Origin: Lama guanicoe
Lineage: Eukaryota
Assembly (NCBI GenBank): GCA_013239625.1
Contig: MU053994.1
Coordinates: 4,011,434 to 4,075,433, forward strand
DNA: 64,000 nt
Reading direction: 5' to 3'
Positions 37,331 through 50,775 of the stretch are shown here, one piece after another. The notes beneath the pieces are model-generated. The model was not told the DNA's origin. It saw nothing but the letters and a program-made list of their open reading frames with translations, and did no database searches. The first letter of the stretch is position 1; every line of letters starts with the position of its first letter. A program made the translations under genes and the position numbers.

Positions 37331-39506
37331 ATTCTCAAACTAAAACTAAAATACAGGTTCGCCGTTCTGATTTAGTACATCTCAGTGAGATTCAGGAACA
37401 ATTCAAATATGATAAAATTCACCATTTAAAATATGTAATTCAGTACCACAATAAATGTGTTAAAATATGTAATTCAGTACTTTTTGGTATACACACAGAG
37501 TTGTGCATCCACCACCATTATCTACTTTCAGAATATTTACATCATGCCCTCCAAAAAGTGTCTCCACACTTAACCTGTTAGTAGTCACTCCCCATTTTTC
37601 CCTCCCTACAGCATCTGCCAACCATTAATTTACTTCCTGTCTCTATGGATTTTCCTATTTTAGACATTTCACAAAATGGAATGATACAAAATGTGGCCTT
37701 TTGTGTCTGGCTTCCTTCATTAGCATAATACTTTCAAGATATATCCCTGTTGTAGCATGTGTCAGAATTTTATTCTTTTTATGGCTGAACAATACTCCAT
37801 TGTATTGTTTTACCATATTTTGTTTATCTACGTATCAGTTGATGGAAGTTTGAATAATTTCCATCTTTTGGCAATTATGAAAAATGCTGCTATAAAAATT
37901 TATGTGTAAGTTTTGTGTCGATATATATTTTCAATTCTTTTGTATATATACCTGAGATGGAATTGCTGGGTCATATGTTAACTCAATGTTTAGCTTTTGG
38001 GGGAACTGCCAAACCATTTTCCAAAACAACTGCATCATTTTACAGTCCTACCAGGGGTATATGAAGATTCTGATATTTCCACATCTTTGCCAGCACTTAT
38101 TGTTTGTATTTTTTGATTATAGTCACTCTGGTGAGTATGAAGAATTATCTGTTTGTGGGTTTGATTTGCATTTCCCTAATGGCTAATGATGTTGATCATT
38201 TTTTCATGTACTTATTGGACATTTGTATATCTTCTGTGGAAAATGTCCTCTCAAAAGTTTTAAAATTGTATTATTTTTATTTTTATTGCTGAGTTGTAAG
38301 AGTTCTTTGTATATTCTGGATACTACTCCTTTATCAGATACGTGATTTGCAAATATATTAAATATATTCTCCCAATATGTAGGGTTTTTTTTTTTTTTTA
38401 CTTTCTTGATTTCTAGTTGTTTTTAATTTTGGTGAAGTCCAGTGTATCTATTTCTCTTTTGATGCTTGTGCTTTTGGTGTCATATCTACAATTCCATCGT
38501 CAGGTCTGAGGTCATTCAGATTTACCCCTCTATTTTCATCTAGAAGTTTTATACTTTTAGCTTACACTTAGGTCTGTGGTCCATTTTCAGTTAATTTTTG
38601 TATATGGTGTGAAGTAAGGGCACAACTATATATCCAGCTGTTCCAGCACCATTTGTTGAAAAGACTGTTCCTTTCCCCATTGAGCCCACTGAACTGCCTT
38701 GACATGTTTACTGAAAACTGATTGATCATAAGTCTCAAGAGTTTATTTCTGGAGTTTCAATTCTATTCCATTGATCTGTATGTCTGTTCTTATGTCAGGG
38801 CCAAGGTTTTGATTATTGTAGCTTTCTAGTTTGATTTTTGTGAGTCCTCAAAATTCTTCTTTTTCAAAATTGTTTTGGCTATTCTGAATGCCTTGTAATT
38901 CCATACAAATTTTAGGATTAGCTTGTCAACCTCTGCAAAATATCCAGGTAGGATTTTGATAGGGATGGAATTGAATCTGTAGATCATTTCAGGGAATATT
39001 TACAGTTTAACAATGTCAAGTCTCTCAATCAATAAAAATGAGATGTCTCTCCACTAACTTACATCTTTATTTTCCTTTAACAATGTTTTATACTTTTCAG
39101 TATAAAGTCTTGTACTTCATTGGTTAAATCTATTCCTAAATATTTTATTCTTTTTGATGCTTTTGAAAATGGAATTGTTCTCCTGATTTTATTTTCAGAT
39201 TACTCATTGCTAGTGTATAGAGGTATAACTGTTTTTTAGCCTTACCTATAACTAATTTTTGGGTATGGATCTTGTATTCTACAACTTTGCTGAACTCATT
39301 TATTAATTCAAATAGTTTTTTTGGTTAATTCCTTTGTATTGTCTATGTACAAGATTATGTAATATGTGAATAGAGATAGTTTTACTTTTTTCTTTCCAAT
39401 CTGGACTACTTTTATTTTTTCTTGCCCAATTTCTCTGTCTAAAAACCTCTGTCTAAAAACCTTCTCTGTCTAAATTACAAGTGGTGAGATCAGACATCTT
39501 TGTCTT

Positions 39507-39807
39507 TTTTTTTAAACTTTTTTTTATTGAGTTATAGTCAGTTTACAATGTTGTGTCAAATTCCAGTGTAGAGCACTATTTTTCAGTTATACATGAACAT
39601 ACATATGTTGTCACATTCTCTTTCGCTGTGAGCCACCACAAGATCCTGTATATGTTTCCCTGTGGTACGCAGTACAATCTTGTTTATCTATTCTACATTT
39701 TGAAATCCCAGTCTGTCCCTTCCCACCCCCTGTCCCCCTGGCAACCACAAGTTTGTATTCTATGTCTATGAGTCTGCTTCTGTTTTGTATTTATGTTTTT
39801 TTTTTTT
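39507..39807 (-). mobile_element. Young lineage-specific L1 3' end with 16-bp TSD
   Basis: TTTTATTGAGTTATAGTCAGTTTACAATGTTGTGTCAAATTCCAGTGTAGAGCAC..., flanked by CAGACATCTTTGTCTT and CAGACGTCTTTGTCTT. Confidence 0.92.
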
Positions 39808-40899
39808 CAGACGTCTTTGTCTTGCTCCTAATCTTACGGGAAGAACTTTCAGCTTTTTGCTATTGAGTGTGATGTTAGATGTGTGTGTTTTCCTAGATGT
39901 CATATATCAGGTTGAGTAAGGTCCCTTCTATTTCTAGTTTACTGAGTGTTTTTATCTTGAAGTTGTGTTAGAGTTTGTCCAGTGTATTTTCTACATTACT
40001 GAGACAATCATGTGGGGGGTTTTTTGGTCCTTTATTCTATTAATATGGTGTATCAGATTGATTGCTTTCATATGTTGAAACAATTTTGAATTTCTGGAAT
40101 AAATCCTACTTGGTCATGTTGTGTGATTCCTTTTATATATTGCTGGATTCCATTTGCTAGGATTTTTTTTAATGGATAGTTACATCTATAATCATAAGGA
40201 ATATTAGTTTGTAATTTTCTTTTCTTGTTATGACTTTTCCTGGTTTTGGTACCTGGGTAGTTCTGGCCTCATAGAACAAATTGGAAAATGTTCCCTTCTC
40301 TTCTAGTTTTCGGAAGAGTTTGTGAAGTTTGGTGTTAATTTTTCCTTAAATGTTCTCATGGGATTCAGCAGTGAAGCCATTTGGGACAGTGCTTTCTTTG
40401 TAGTAACTTTATTTTTATTACAAATTTAATTCCTTTACTTGCTATAAACCTATTCAAATTTTCTATTTGTTCTTGAGTCAGCTTTTGTAGTTTGATTCTT
40501 TCCAAGAATTTGCCCAATTCATTTAAGTTATCTAATTTTTTGGCATACTATTGTCCATAGTACTGCCATATAATTATTTTTATCTTATATTGTATATATT
40601 AATGTCCTCTCTTTCCTACCTGACTTTAATGTTTTGAGACTCCTTTCTTTTTGCCTCAGTCATTCTAGTTAATGGTTTATTAATTTTGTTGATTATTTCA
40701 AAGAACTAAGTTTGGTTTAGTTGATTTCTCCATTGTTTTTCTGTTCTTTATTTAATTATTTTTTGTTCTAATCTTTATTATTTTCTTCCTTATCCTTGCA
40801 CTGGGTTTAGATTACTTTTCTTTTTTTTTCCTAGTGTCCTAAGGTAGAAGTTTAGATTGCTGATTTGAGATTTTTAATTTTTGAAACATTTAAAAAATT

Positions 40900-40992
40900 T
40901 ATTTATTAAAATTTTTAACTTAATTAAAAAAATTATTGAGGTAACATTGGTTTATAACACTATATAAGTTTTATGTATACAACATTATTTTA
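40900..40992 (-). mobile_element. Short nested L1 3' end
   Basis: TTATTGAGGTAACATTGGTTTATAACACTATATAAGTTT..TGTATACAACATTAT. Confidence 0.65.
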
Positions 40993-41321
40993 ATTTTTAA
41001 TACAGACATTTACAGCTATAAATTCCTTCTAGGCACTGCTTTCACTGCATCTCATATGTTTTGGTATGTGTATTTTTGTTTTCATTAACCTCAAAGTATT
41101 TTCCAATTTCCCTGTAATTTCTTCTTTGACCCATTTGTTATTTAGGAATATGTCTTTTAGTCTCTATATCCTTGTGAATTTATCAAATTTCATCTTATTG
41201 TGTTCTCATTTTAGTCCACTATGTTTAGAGAACATACTTTGTATAATTTCACCCACTGAAATTTATTGAGATTTCTTTTATGACCTAGTATATAGTGTAT
41301 CCTGGAGAATGTTCCATGTGT

Positions 41322-41576
41322 TTTTATTTTTTTAATTGGAGTATATTTGATTTATAATGTTGTGTTAGTTTCTGGTGTACAGTATAGTGATTTAATTATA
41401 TATATNNNNNNNNNNNNNNNNNNNNNNNNNNNNNNNNNNNNNNNNNNNNNNNNNNNNNNNNNNNNNNNNNNNNNNNNNNNNNNNNNNNNNNNNNNNNNNN
41501 NNNNNNNNNNNNNNNNNNNNNNNNNNTATTTGATTTATAATGTTGTGTTAGTTTCTGGTATACAGTATAGTGATTT

Positions 41577-41619
<43 letters not shown>

Positions 41620-41705
41620 TTTTCCTATCATTTTTAATCATAGGCTATTCCAAGATATTAAATATAGTTTCCTGTGCTATACTGTAGGACCCTGTTGTTT
41701 ATCTA
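41322..41705 (-). mobile_element. Nested cetartiodactyl-type L1 3' end spanning the assembly gap; contains (TA)n
   Basis: AATTGGAGTATATTTGATTTATAATGTTGTGTTAGTTTCTGG...CCTGTGCTATACTGTAGGACC. TSD CCATGTGT at 41314-41321 and 41706-41713. Confidence 0.9.
41406..41526. other. Assembly gap (121 N)
   Basis: Run of N seen directly. Confidence 1.
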
Positions 41706-41949
41706 CCATGTGTACTTGAGGGAAATGTGTATTCTGCTCTTGTCACGTGGAGTGTTCTAGAGATATTTTTTAGGTCTAGCTGTTTTATGGTGTTGTTCAA
41801 GTCTTTTATTTCCTTGTGGATATTCTGATACTTGCTCTATTTGTTATTGAAAGTGGGTATTGAATTTTCAATTTTAATTATAGCATAATCAATTCTGTCA
41901 GATTTTCCTCCATGTAATTTGAGGCTCTATTGTTTAATGTATACATTTT

Positions 41950-42670
41950 TAGGCTTACAGGGGTTCCCTTGTACATAAAAAGATTCTTTCCCTTTGCTGT
42001 GTTTAAGATTCTGTTTTTGTTTTTAACTGTTGACAACTTAATTATAATATGTCTTGGTGTGAGTCTCTTTAGATTCATCTTATTTCGGACTTCTTGGGCT
42101 TTCCAGATATGACTATCTGTTTCTTTCCTTTCTTTAGGGAAATTTTCAGTCATTATTTCTTTGAATAAGTCTTATGCCCCTTTCTGTTTCTTCTTTTTTT
42201 GTGTGTGTGTTTCTATAATGCATATACTGGTTCATTTGATGGTGTCCCATAAGTCCCTTAAACTATCTTCACTCTTTTTTTATTCTTGTTCCTTTTTGCT
42301 ACTCTGATTGGATAAATTCCACTGACTTGTGTTAGAGTTTGCTGATTATTTCTGCTCTTTGATCTAGTCTGATATTAAATTCCTCTACTGATTTTTTTAA
42401 TTCATTTATTGTATTGTTCAACTCTATGGTGTCTGTTTGGTAATTTTTAATATTTTATGTTTGTTGAAATGATCACTTTTTTCATGCATTGTTCTCCTGA
42501 CCTTGATGAACATCTTTATGACCATTATTAACCCTCTATTGAATAAATCACTTATCTTACTTTCATTAAAATCAGATTCTAGAGATTTATCTTCGTTGTT
42601 GTTGTTGTTTGAAACATATACTCCTGCTTCATTTTCCTTGATTCTCCGTGTTGGTTTCTGTACATCAGGA
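41950..42670 (-). mobile_element. Second L1 ORF1 segment inside the large L1
   Basis: Minus-strand peptide MTENFPKERKETDSHIWKAQEVRNKMNLKRLTPRHIIIKL. It is paralogous to the ORF1 remnant at about 42900-43300. Confidence 0.8.
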
Positions 42671-43308
42671 AAAAAAGATCCAATGCTTTTCATTTCTGTG
42701 TGTGGATTTGAATCACTGTCTAGTGCCATTTCATTGCAGCCTAAAATATTCTCTTTAATATTTATTGTTGGGCAGCAACTAATTTTCTCAGTTTTTGTTT
42801 ATCTGAAAATGTCTTCATTTCTTCTTCCTTTTTATCAGGATAGTTCTGCCAAATATGGAAGTTTTGGTTGACAGTCAGCTTATTTCAGCAATTTCTATGT
42901 CATTTCACTATCTTCAGCCCTCCATGTTTTCTGATAGAAATCCACTGTTAATCTTATTGAAGATCTTTATATGTGGTGATCTGCTTTTCTCTCGCTGCTT
43001 TCAAGATTCTCTCTTGCCCTTTGACCATTAACAGTTTGATTATGGTGTGTTTAGTTGCGGATCTCTTTGAATTTATCTTACTGGGATTTCATGGAGTATC
43101 ATGAATATTTAATGTTTTTAATTAAATTTGTGAAGTTTTCAGCCATTATTTCTTCAAATATCCTTTCATTCCATTTTTCTCCCTCTTCTACTTTTGAGAC
43201 TTCCATTACATTTATGTTGGCATGCATGATGGTGTCTCAAAGCTCTCTTGAATTCTGTTCATTTTTCTTAGTTATTTTTTCTGTTCTTCAGACTTGAGAA
43301 ACTCAATT

Positions 43309-43420
43309 GGGGGGAGGTAATTAGGTTTATTTATTTATTTATTTGATGGAGGTATTGGGGATTGAACCCAGGACCTCATGCATGCTAAAAACACTCTCCA
43401 ACTGAGCTATACCTACCCTC
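43309..43420 (-). mobile_element. Vic-1-like tRNA-derived SINE (camelid)
   Basis: The reverse complement reads GGTATAGCTCAGTTGGAGAGTGTTTTTAGCATGCATGAGGTCCTGGGTTCAATCCCCAATACCTCCA-(AAAT)n-AAACCTAATTACCTCCCCCC. A and B boxes are present. Confidence 0.85.
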
Positions 43421-46279
43421 CTCAAAATTCCTATTTTTTTACATAATTTCTATCTCTTTATTAGTTTTCTCTATTTGGTAGACATCATTCTCATACTTTC
43501 CTTTCATTCTTTAGGCATAGTTTCCTTTGGCCCTTTAAATGTGTTCAGAATAGTGGATTGAAAATTTTGTGTAGTAAGTCCAACATCTGTGCTTGCTCAA
43601 GGACAGTTTTCATTGACGGCTTCTTTTCCTGTGTGGGCCATATTTTCTTGTTTCATCTTCTGTTTCATAATTTTTATTGAAAACTGGAAATAATAGATTG
43701 TGACAACTCTGGAAATCTGATTCTGCTCTCTCCCTAGGGTTTGTTGTTGCTGCTTGTTCTAGTTGCTATTATTGTTTCCTTGGTGAATTTTATGACTTAA
43801 TTCTGTAAAGTCTGTATTCTTTGGCATGTGGGGCCATAGAAGTTTCTGTTCTGTTAGCATAGTATTCAGCTAATAACTGCGCTGAAATTTCCTTAAGTGC
43901 CTCAGGCCAATAATTCTCCTAGTCTTAGCAGAGAAACTTTGTATGTGTTTTGGGTCATTCCTTCAACATTCAGCCAGGTTGTTTATGATGCTGTCACAGC
44001 TATCACTTCTGCTACTACAGAGCCTCAATGTCAGCTAAAGGTGAGTGCTTGGAGCCTTCTCAGGTCTTTCCTGGATATGAGCACAGTCTTGGGTTTGTAC
44101 ACTGTCCTATACATGTGTATGGCCTTCTAGATTCTCAGGAATGTGTTGGAGCTTTTTGAAATCCCCTGTGGACATCTCATTCTCTAACTTTTCCTTTTTT
44201 TTTTTTTTTTTGTCTTAGTTCTTACGTGCTCTAATTGTCATCACTACCTCAGGGAGCTGCACTGTTCAACAACTGACAGTGATTATATTCACAAATGCCT
44301 CCAGGGAAAAGGCTGTCTGCACTTAAGTCTCAGTTAGGTCAGATAAAGGCAAGCCCTGAGAATGGAGTTTTCCATGTATGTGCCAGATAGATCAGCTAAT
44401 GACAATTTCTGAGAATGATGTTTTGAAGGAGCTCCTAACATATTCTGCCCCTCCAATGTCTGTGGGGCTGTTGGAATGGGAATAGTGAAAGTTACAATGG
44501 AAAACAGCTCATGTTCTTCATGAGATTTAGTCACTTTTCCTTAATAAATACTCTTCAAACTGTCATAAATCTTTGGTTAATTTCCAGAGTTCTGAAAATG
44601 TTGGTTTTGACCTAATTTTTGCCAGCAATCTCAGTTTTTATGGTGAGGACTGGCTTTGTAGAGGTCCTTGCTCTGTCTTTCCTGCTGATGTCACCACTGT
44701 TAATCTAATATTGATTGCTACATCTGTGTTCCCATTTTACTTGACCTTCACCTGAATTTCCCTCAATACTTACCTCAAATTCAATATGTTTTAAATAGAA
44801 CTAATAGTCTCTTCCCACAAATTTGTTCTTTCTTCCCATGTCCCTGTTAAAAGCTTCACTTCAAGGCCAGAGAAAATTAAGCTGGCAAAGCAGATGGAGG
44901 AGTCATTATAATGATAGTAGAATCTAATTATAATTATCTGTTTTAATCTGGCACTGCTGGGTGTGAAAGGAATAAAAAGATTAGAAGCTGAAAATTTAGA
45001 ACTTTGACTCACAATATGATTAACACCAAACTCACCCCTGCCCCTGTAATCTCTGACTCAATTTAATAATTCTCTCTCCTGTTCAGTTAATTGCTCCATA
45101 GATCAGGTGATTTCTGACCCACATCATTGAATCCCGTGCACATAGTAGGTGTTCAATAAATGACTATTTAATACCAGCATAAAACTTATAAAATAAAGTA
45201 GATTTCTTTTATTCTCTCTCCCTCTCTTTCTCATCTCTCTCTCTCACTCTCAAACCTAAACTAGAAATCTTGTCTCCTTCCAAGCTGGAAGCCTCTCCAA
45301 AAATCCATGAATATAATTACCTTTTTAAATATTTCATTGACATGTCAACCTGAATTATATACCCAAAACAGCCAAAATTAGACTTTGGTATGTGATATAT
45401 ATTCTAATACAGAATATATGCCTCTTTGTAGGCATTCAAGAAATATTAATTTTGCTGGGAGTCAAACTAGCATATGATGGCTAACTTGGCTCTCAGTAAC
45501 TCTGTTATTATCCAGCTTTTACATTTCATAAAGCTTGACATAGACCACGGGAAAACATCTTCCACAATGAGATAAACAGTGAAATTATTAAGCAGGAAAT
45601 TTGGCCCATGCAGCTTACCTAAAAATGTGAAGTCCTTTCCTAAAAATGTAAAGTCTTGAAAATTTACGTTGAGATTCTCAAGACAAGCCCATGTGACACG
45701 AGTATAGCTGAACTGCTTTTTTTATGGTAAATTTTTTCACATTTCTTTACTATTTCTTTGTATATGTATGTGCGTATGCATGAGAAAGAGAGAGAAGAGG
45801 TATAGATATGTTTGAATATGTGTACATTCTGTACTTACTCCTCAAGCTAAATGCTCTATAGAGCAGGAGACTGGAACATAAAAAAGGGATTGAAATTTAT
45901 TGAGACACCTAGCATGAAATACTTAAGACTTACATAACTACTTGTAGTTATTTGTTTTCTTATGGCTAAATAAAGATGAAAAACACATTTCTCTGAAGAA
46001 ATAATTCTTAGAAAATAATGTTCTAAGATTGAATGTACAATGAATGAAAACATTTTTTCTTAAAAATTAAGTGGAAATATGATGCTATGTGTTGGCATTT
46101 AAGTAAATAACTGTGTCTTTTGCAAAAACATAATCAAATACACTCAGTAGTGTGTTATTTAATGTCCTTTATTAAAGGAAAGATTTCTTCTATCAGCCCC
46201 TTACAAAAACTGTGACTACTGTATTGTATATTACCTGGCTATAGATATGTCTTGCCATGGTTTAAGCATGTTGCTTTTT

Positions 46280-46870
46280 GCATTTTTAACTAAGTATAAT
46301 TTACAAATAGTAAAGGGCACAAATCTTAAGTGTATGCAACTTGATGAATTTTTACATACATTAAAATATAGAACATCTACAGCCTATCATTAGACTCCCT
46401 TATGTCCCCTCACTGGCCCAAAGGCAACTGCTTTCCTGACCTCCTACAACATAGATCAGTCTTGCCTGTTTTTGAATATTATGCAAATGGAATCATACCA
46501 TATTTACTTTCATGTGTAGATCCTTTTATTCCATAATACCTGTATAGTTGCATGTAGCAATAGTTTATTTTTCATTGTTGCATTATATTCCATTATATGA
46601 ACCCAAATTATTTATCCAATCTACTGCTGATGGACATTTGGCTTGGCTTCCAGTGTTTTACTATTTTGAATACTGCTCTGTGAAAATTCTTGTACATATT
46701 TTTGTAGACATAAGCACACATTTTTTATTGGAATAGAACTGCTGTGTCATATGGCATTCATATATTTAGCTTTAGGAAATACAACTAAGACATTTTTCCA
46801 AAGTGATTGCAACAATTTCCATTTCCACCAGCAATATATAAGCATTCCGGTTGCTCTACATCATGCACAT
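46280..46870 (-). mobile_element. Old L1MB/ME 3' end
   Basis: AAGTATAATTTACA..GCACAAATCTTAAGTGTA, AAATGGAATCATAC and TCCCACCAGCAATATAT. Confidence 0.85.
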
Positions 46871-49104
46871 TTATTTTTAATGATCTCGTTCAGGAACATA
46901 GGTCCTCTTCATTTGAGTTTTATTAGAAGCAAGTTTTTTTTTTAAATCACAATTACTAATTCTAAACCAATTTCAGGTGGTGTAGGGTGGGAGGCTCTCC
47001 CAAGTATATGATCATTTACAAATGAGAAACCCAGATTCCTTTTCAATAGAAGTGATACAGACTTCTACAACAGAATGCTATGCCCCATATGCCTTCCAGC
47101 GAGAAGAAAACCCAACTGAAAAAATTTTGAAAATACTCAGTTTATTTAAAAAAAATCCATTGAAGGAGATTGCTGAGTATGGATAAAATAAAACAGCAGA
47201 CCAAGAGCCTCTTTGTGACATCTAAGTAATCAGTTTGGGAAGTAGAAACTCAAGTACAATGTTCTCTAGAATGGGCCAGAAGCAGTTTGATGCAAATCTA
47301 TGCCCTTCTTTGTCCTTTTATCTATGTCTCAGGCAAATCCCTCTTCACGGTCAGTAGAGTACAGGCAGATTTTACCCACTGTAGTCTCTTCAGCTGTTAC
47401 CAAGTCTCGTAGGAGTGGTTGAAGAAAATCAAACACAGGCTCTATCGTGCTGGGATTTTCACTTAGAGTCATGGTAATTTCCATTATATTTCATAATGTG
47501 AAGCATTACTTTGAATCTGGAAGTCTTAGCATAATCGTTACTTTTGCTTGTTTTAAACAACATATCCTATAATTAGGAGTATGTCTAGTTAATGCTTTGA
47601 AATGTATCAGCAAAATTAGATGGCATTAAAATATAGTTCCTTCTGAAAAAAGCTTATGGCTTTGGAAACAGTGGAGACGTAAAGCTGTTTAACAGATTAA
47701 ACATTTTTTCATGGTTCATAGAAAACTTTGAAAAGCAATCCTAAATTTTGAAATAATTCTTAGACTTTTGTATTGTTCTTCTAATCTTTTTTTCTCTTAA
47801 TGATCAATGATTATAAATTACATGCTTATGTTGTTGTTTTTTTTTACATAAATGTGTTTATTGTCCTCAACAAAATAGATGCTTATGTTTTAATTTATAA
47901 ATTACATCTTAATGTATAGGATGATCAGGCTGTGTGCATGTAGACAGTTATAATGAATGAAATTGTATTTTGTGTCTTGTTTCATTCAGTCGCTTAATAT
48001 TTGTTTATCTATCAAATGCCACTTGGTCATGTCCTTTGTATATATGGCATTGGCCCTGTCAGTATAATGTGGAAGTTCTATGAAGTATCTTGTCTCCATG
48101 AGCGTGGTTTTTAAATGGAAATTATGTCTTCCCAGCACCCATAATATTTAGTAGTGCTGATGGAAGAATGGTTTAAGGGGTATATCATCTTTAATACTTC
48201 TAAGTGCTAAATTCTGCCTTTGGAAATAGAAACATCTTCAAAAGATAATACACAATTTTGGTTTCAAAATGCCCAGTTTGCATATGTATCATAAAGATTC
48301 CTTTAACAGTTTATCTCATTAACAGTCCTTTGTACTCATCAATTCAGGCTGTGTTTTCCCACTGGGACATCATTTACAGTGCCCTAACCGTATTTTCACA
48401 ACATTCACCTGACAACATCAGCTGAGAGAGAAATCTTCAGACCGCAGAGAAACAGGAGGCCATGAATTCTTAAACAATACACCAAATTACAAAAAATGGT
48501 GTGTATATCTCTTTGAAAATATCCTTAACAATAATTAACCAGGAAAAGAAACAGTGTAGTTCAAGGACTTCAACTGAGTGCCCCCTTCCCAGTTGAGAGG
48601 ATGCTGGGAGATGTTAGTGTGGTGATCAAGCTTCATGATAGCTGTCTACCTTGGGGAGGATGGTTTTAGTCCTTTGATGTTCACACAGAAGCAGGAACAG
48701 GCTAACCAAATACCATCTCATGGAAGGTCTCCTTTAATGAGCAAATAAAAATGATTTATAATTGGTGCACATACATGCTTTTTTAATGAGACCACACCAA
48801 AAAGCAATCTATTCCCTTAATAGATAAATAAATAATTTCTTTTCTAATCTCCTTTAACACATTCATTTGCTCCACAAGTTCCATTTCCTTTGCTTTATAA
48901 AGTGACCCTTAAGCATTCACCAGCGTTTCTGTATTGTATTTTACTCAGATTGCATTTTATTATACTGAGCGCATGGAGATGCCTGTTGTGATAACTTGGA
49001 GTGTACATTAAATCCATAGATATATTCCCTGGAGATGTGGTTGGCTCTCAGACTAGATGGCATCTCATTGTGTTCTAGGTCCTTGCTATCCAAACTGACT
49101 CAAA

Positions 49105-49279
49105 TTATGGTATTCAAACCATTAGTATTAGTATCACTTAGGAACTTGTTCGAAATTTTAGGGTTCTTAACCAGATTTTTCTGAATCACAATCCTCGAGT
49201 AAAGTGGAGGACCAATAATCTTTCTTTTAAAAAATATTTCAGAAGAATCTTTTGCATGCGAAAATGTAGGAAGCCCCTG
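49105..49279. mobile_element. Degenerate MER5-like hAT element
   Basis: ATCACTTAGGAACTTGTT.GAAAT...CTGAATCA...TTTTAA. Confidence 0.5.
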
Positions 49280-49689
49280 TCTAGGGTGTAGTCATCACAG
49301 TTTTAGAATATTTTTTCTGCCACAGTGCCTGATATCTCCTTGCCTTTGGGTGGGCTATACCATCTTTCTGAAATTCCTCTTCTTTTTTCTACTATAGAAA
49401 AAAGCCCACAAGACCCTTTGGTAGGCAGTTCTTACTCACTCTTTCTAAGTTACTTCAAGGAAGCATCCCCACACCCCAAGATGCACCTTTTCTTTCCTTG
49501 GGGTTAACGTGGTGCTTTTCTGCTCCTTCCCTTTGCGTACTGTGCAGATCACATCACATTAATCACATAAGCCCATTGACAGGTATAACACAATGTAAGA
49601 TCTTCCTTCCTACTATGGTCAACTTCTGGAAGGCAAAGGTTACAACTTATTTTATTTTGTAACCCTGATACTGAAAATAGAGTTTGATT

Positions 49690-50775
49690 TTCAATAGGAA
49701 GAGGAAAGAATCAGTGAGTTGGAAGATAGAACAGTAGAAATGACCCAAACAGAACGACAGAAAGAAAACAGACTTAAAAAAATAGAGCTCCAGGGACATA
49801 CAGAACTATAACAGAAGATCTAACATTTATGTCACCAAAATCCTAGGAGAGGAGAAAGAGGGTTGGGCTGAAAAGTACTGGAAGAAATAGTGGCTGAAAA
49901 CTTCCTAAACTTAACAAGAAACATAAACCTATAGAGTCAAGAATCTGAGTAAATAGCAAAGAGGATAAATTCAAAGAAATCCATGCCAAGATACAGCATA
50001 ATTAAATTTCTGAAAATTAAAGACAAAGAAAAATCTTTAAAATAGACAGAAAACCATACCTTACTTATGGGAGAAAAACAATTAGAATGACAGCAATTTG
50101 TCATCAAGCCATGGAAACCAGAAGGAAATGAAACCTTATTTTTCAGGTGCTGAAAGAAAAGAACTGTGAATCCGAGAATGTTCATGGTGGCTTTATTTGT
50201 AACAGCCCCAAACCAGAAACAACCAAAATGTCCCACAATAGGTCAATCCTTAAACAAAAGGTGGTACAGTTCATACCATGGAATGCTACTCAGCAATAAA
50301 AAGAAATGAAGTATTGACACATGCAGCAGCTTGGATGGATATCAAGAGCATTAAGCTGAGTGAAAAAAAGCAATCTTGAAAGGTCATGTACTGCATGATC
50401 TCATTTATATAACATTTTTTGTGTGACAAAATGACAAAGAACAGATTAGTGGTTGTCGGAGCTTAGGGATGGTTAAGGGGAAGGGGTTGGTGAGCCTATA
50501 AAGAGGTAGCATGAGGGAGATCATTAAGGTGATGAAACAGTTCTGTATCTTGACTGCAGTGGAGGTTACCAAAATCTACATATGAGATAAAATGACAGAG
50601 AATTAGGCACGTGTTGTACCAATCTCAATTTTCTAATTTTGATATTGTATTATAACTGCATTAGCTATAATCACTATGGGAAACTGGGTGAGGGTACGTG
50701 GAAGTTCTCTGTACTACTCTTTACACTTCCTGTGAATCTTTATAATTGTTTCACAATAAAAAAATTAAAAATAAT
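49690..50775 (+). mobile_element. L1MC-like element: ORF1 segment fused to the ORF2 end and 3' UTR
   Basis: ORF1 motifs ATCAGTGAGTTGGAAGATAGA and GGCTGAAAACTTCCTAAA run to about 50179. Then GTTCATGGTGGCTTTATTTGTAACAGCCCCAAAC...GGAAACTGGGTGAGGGTAC...AATAAA and an A-tail. Confidence 0.88.

Larger units (their letters stand above)
37385..44700 (-). mobile_element. Large decayed L1 (L1MB/L1M4-like): 3' UTR, ORF2, ORF1 and 5' UTR, with several nested insertions
   Basis: Collinear antisense L1 motifs TTTATGGCTGAACAATACTCCATTG, CCAGCACCATTTGTTGAAAAGACTG, CCTCATAGAACAAATTGG, CAGCTATAAATTCCTTCTAGGCACTGC and TCAGCCATTATTTCTTCAAATA. No intact ORF. Confidence 0.92.

Noticed and set aside
37426..37480. 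Repeat-spacer-repeat pattern resembling CRISPR
   Set aside because: There are only two copies, it lies inside a mammalian L1, and there is no cas context.
41347..41637. 96-aa ORF with an internal repeat
   Set aside because: It is an artefact of reading through Ns and the duplicated gap flanks.
47040..47500. Coding-looking stretches in the unique 47-49 kb region
   Set aside because: The frames I translated by hand close within about 45 codons, the peptides are unrecognised, and no good acceptor/donor pair was found.
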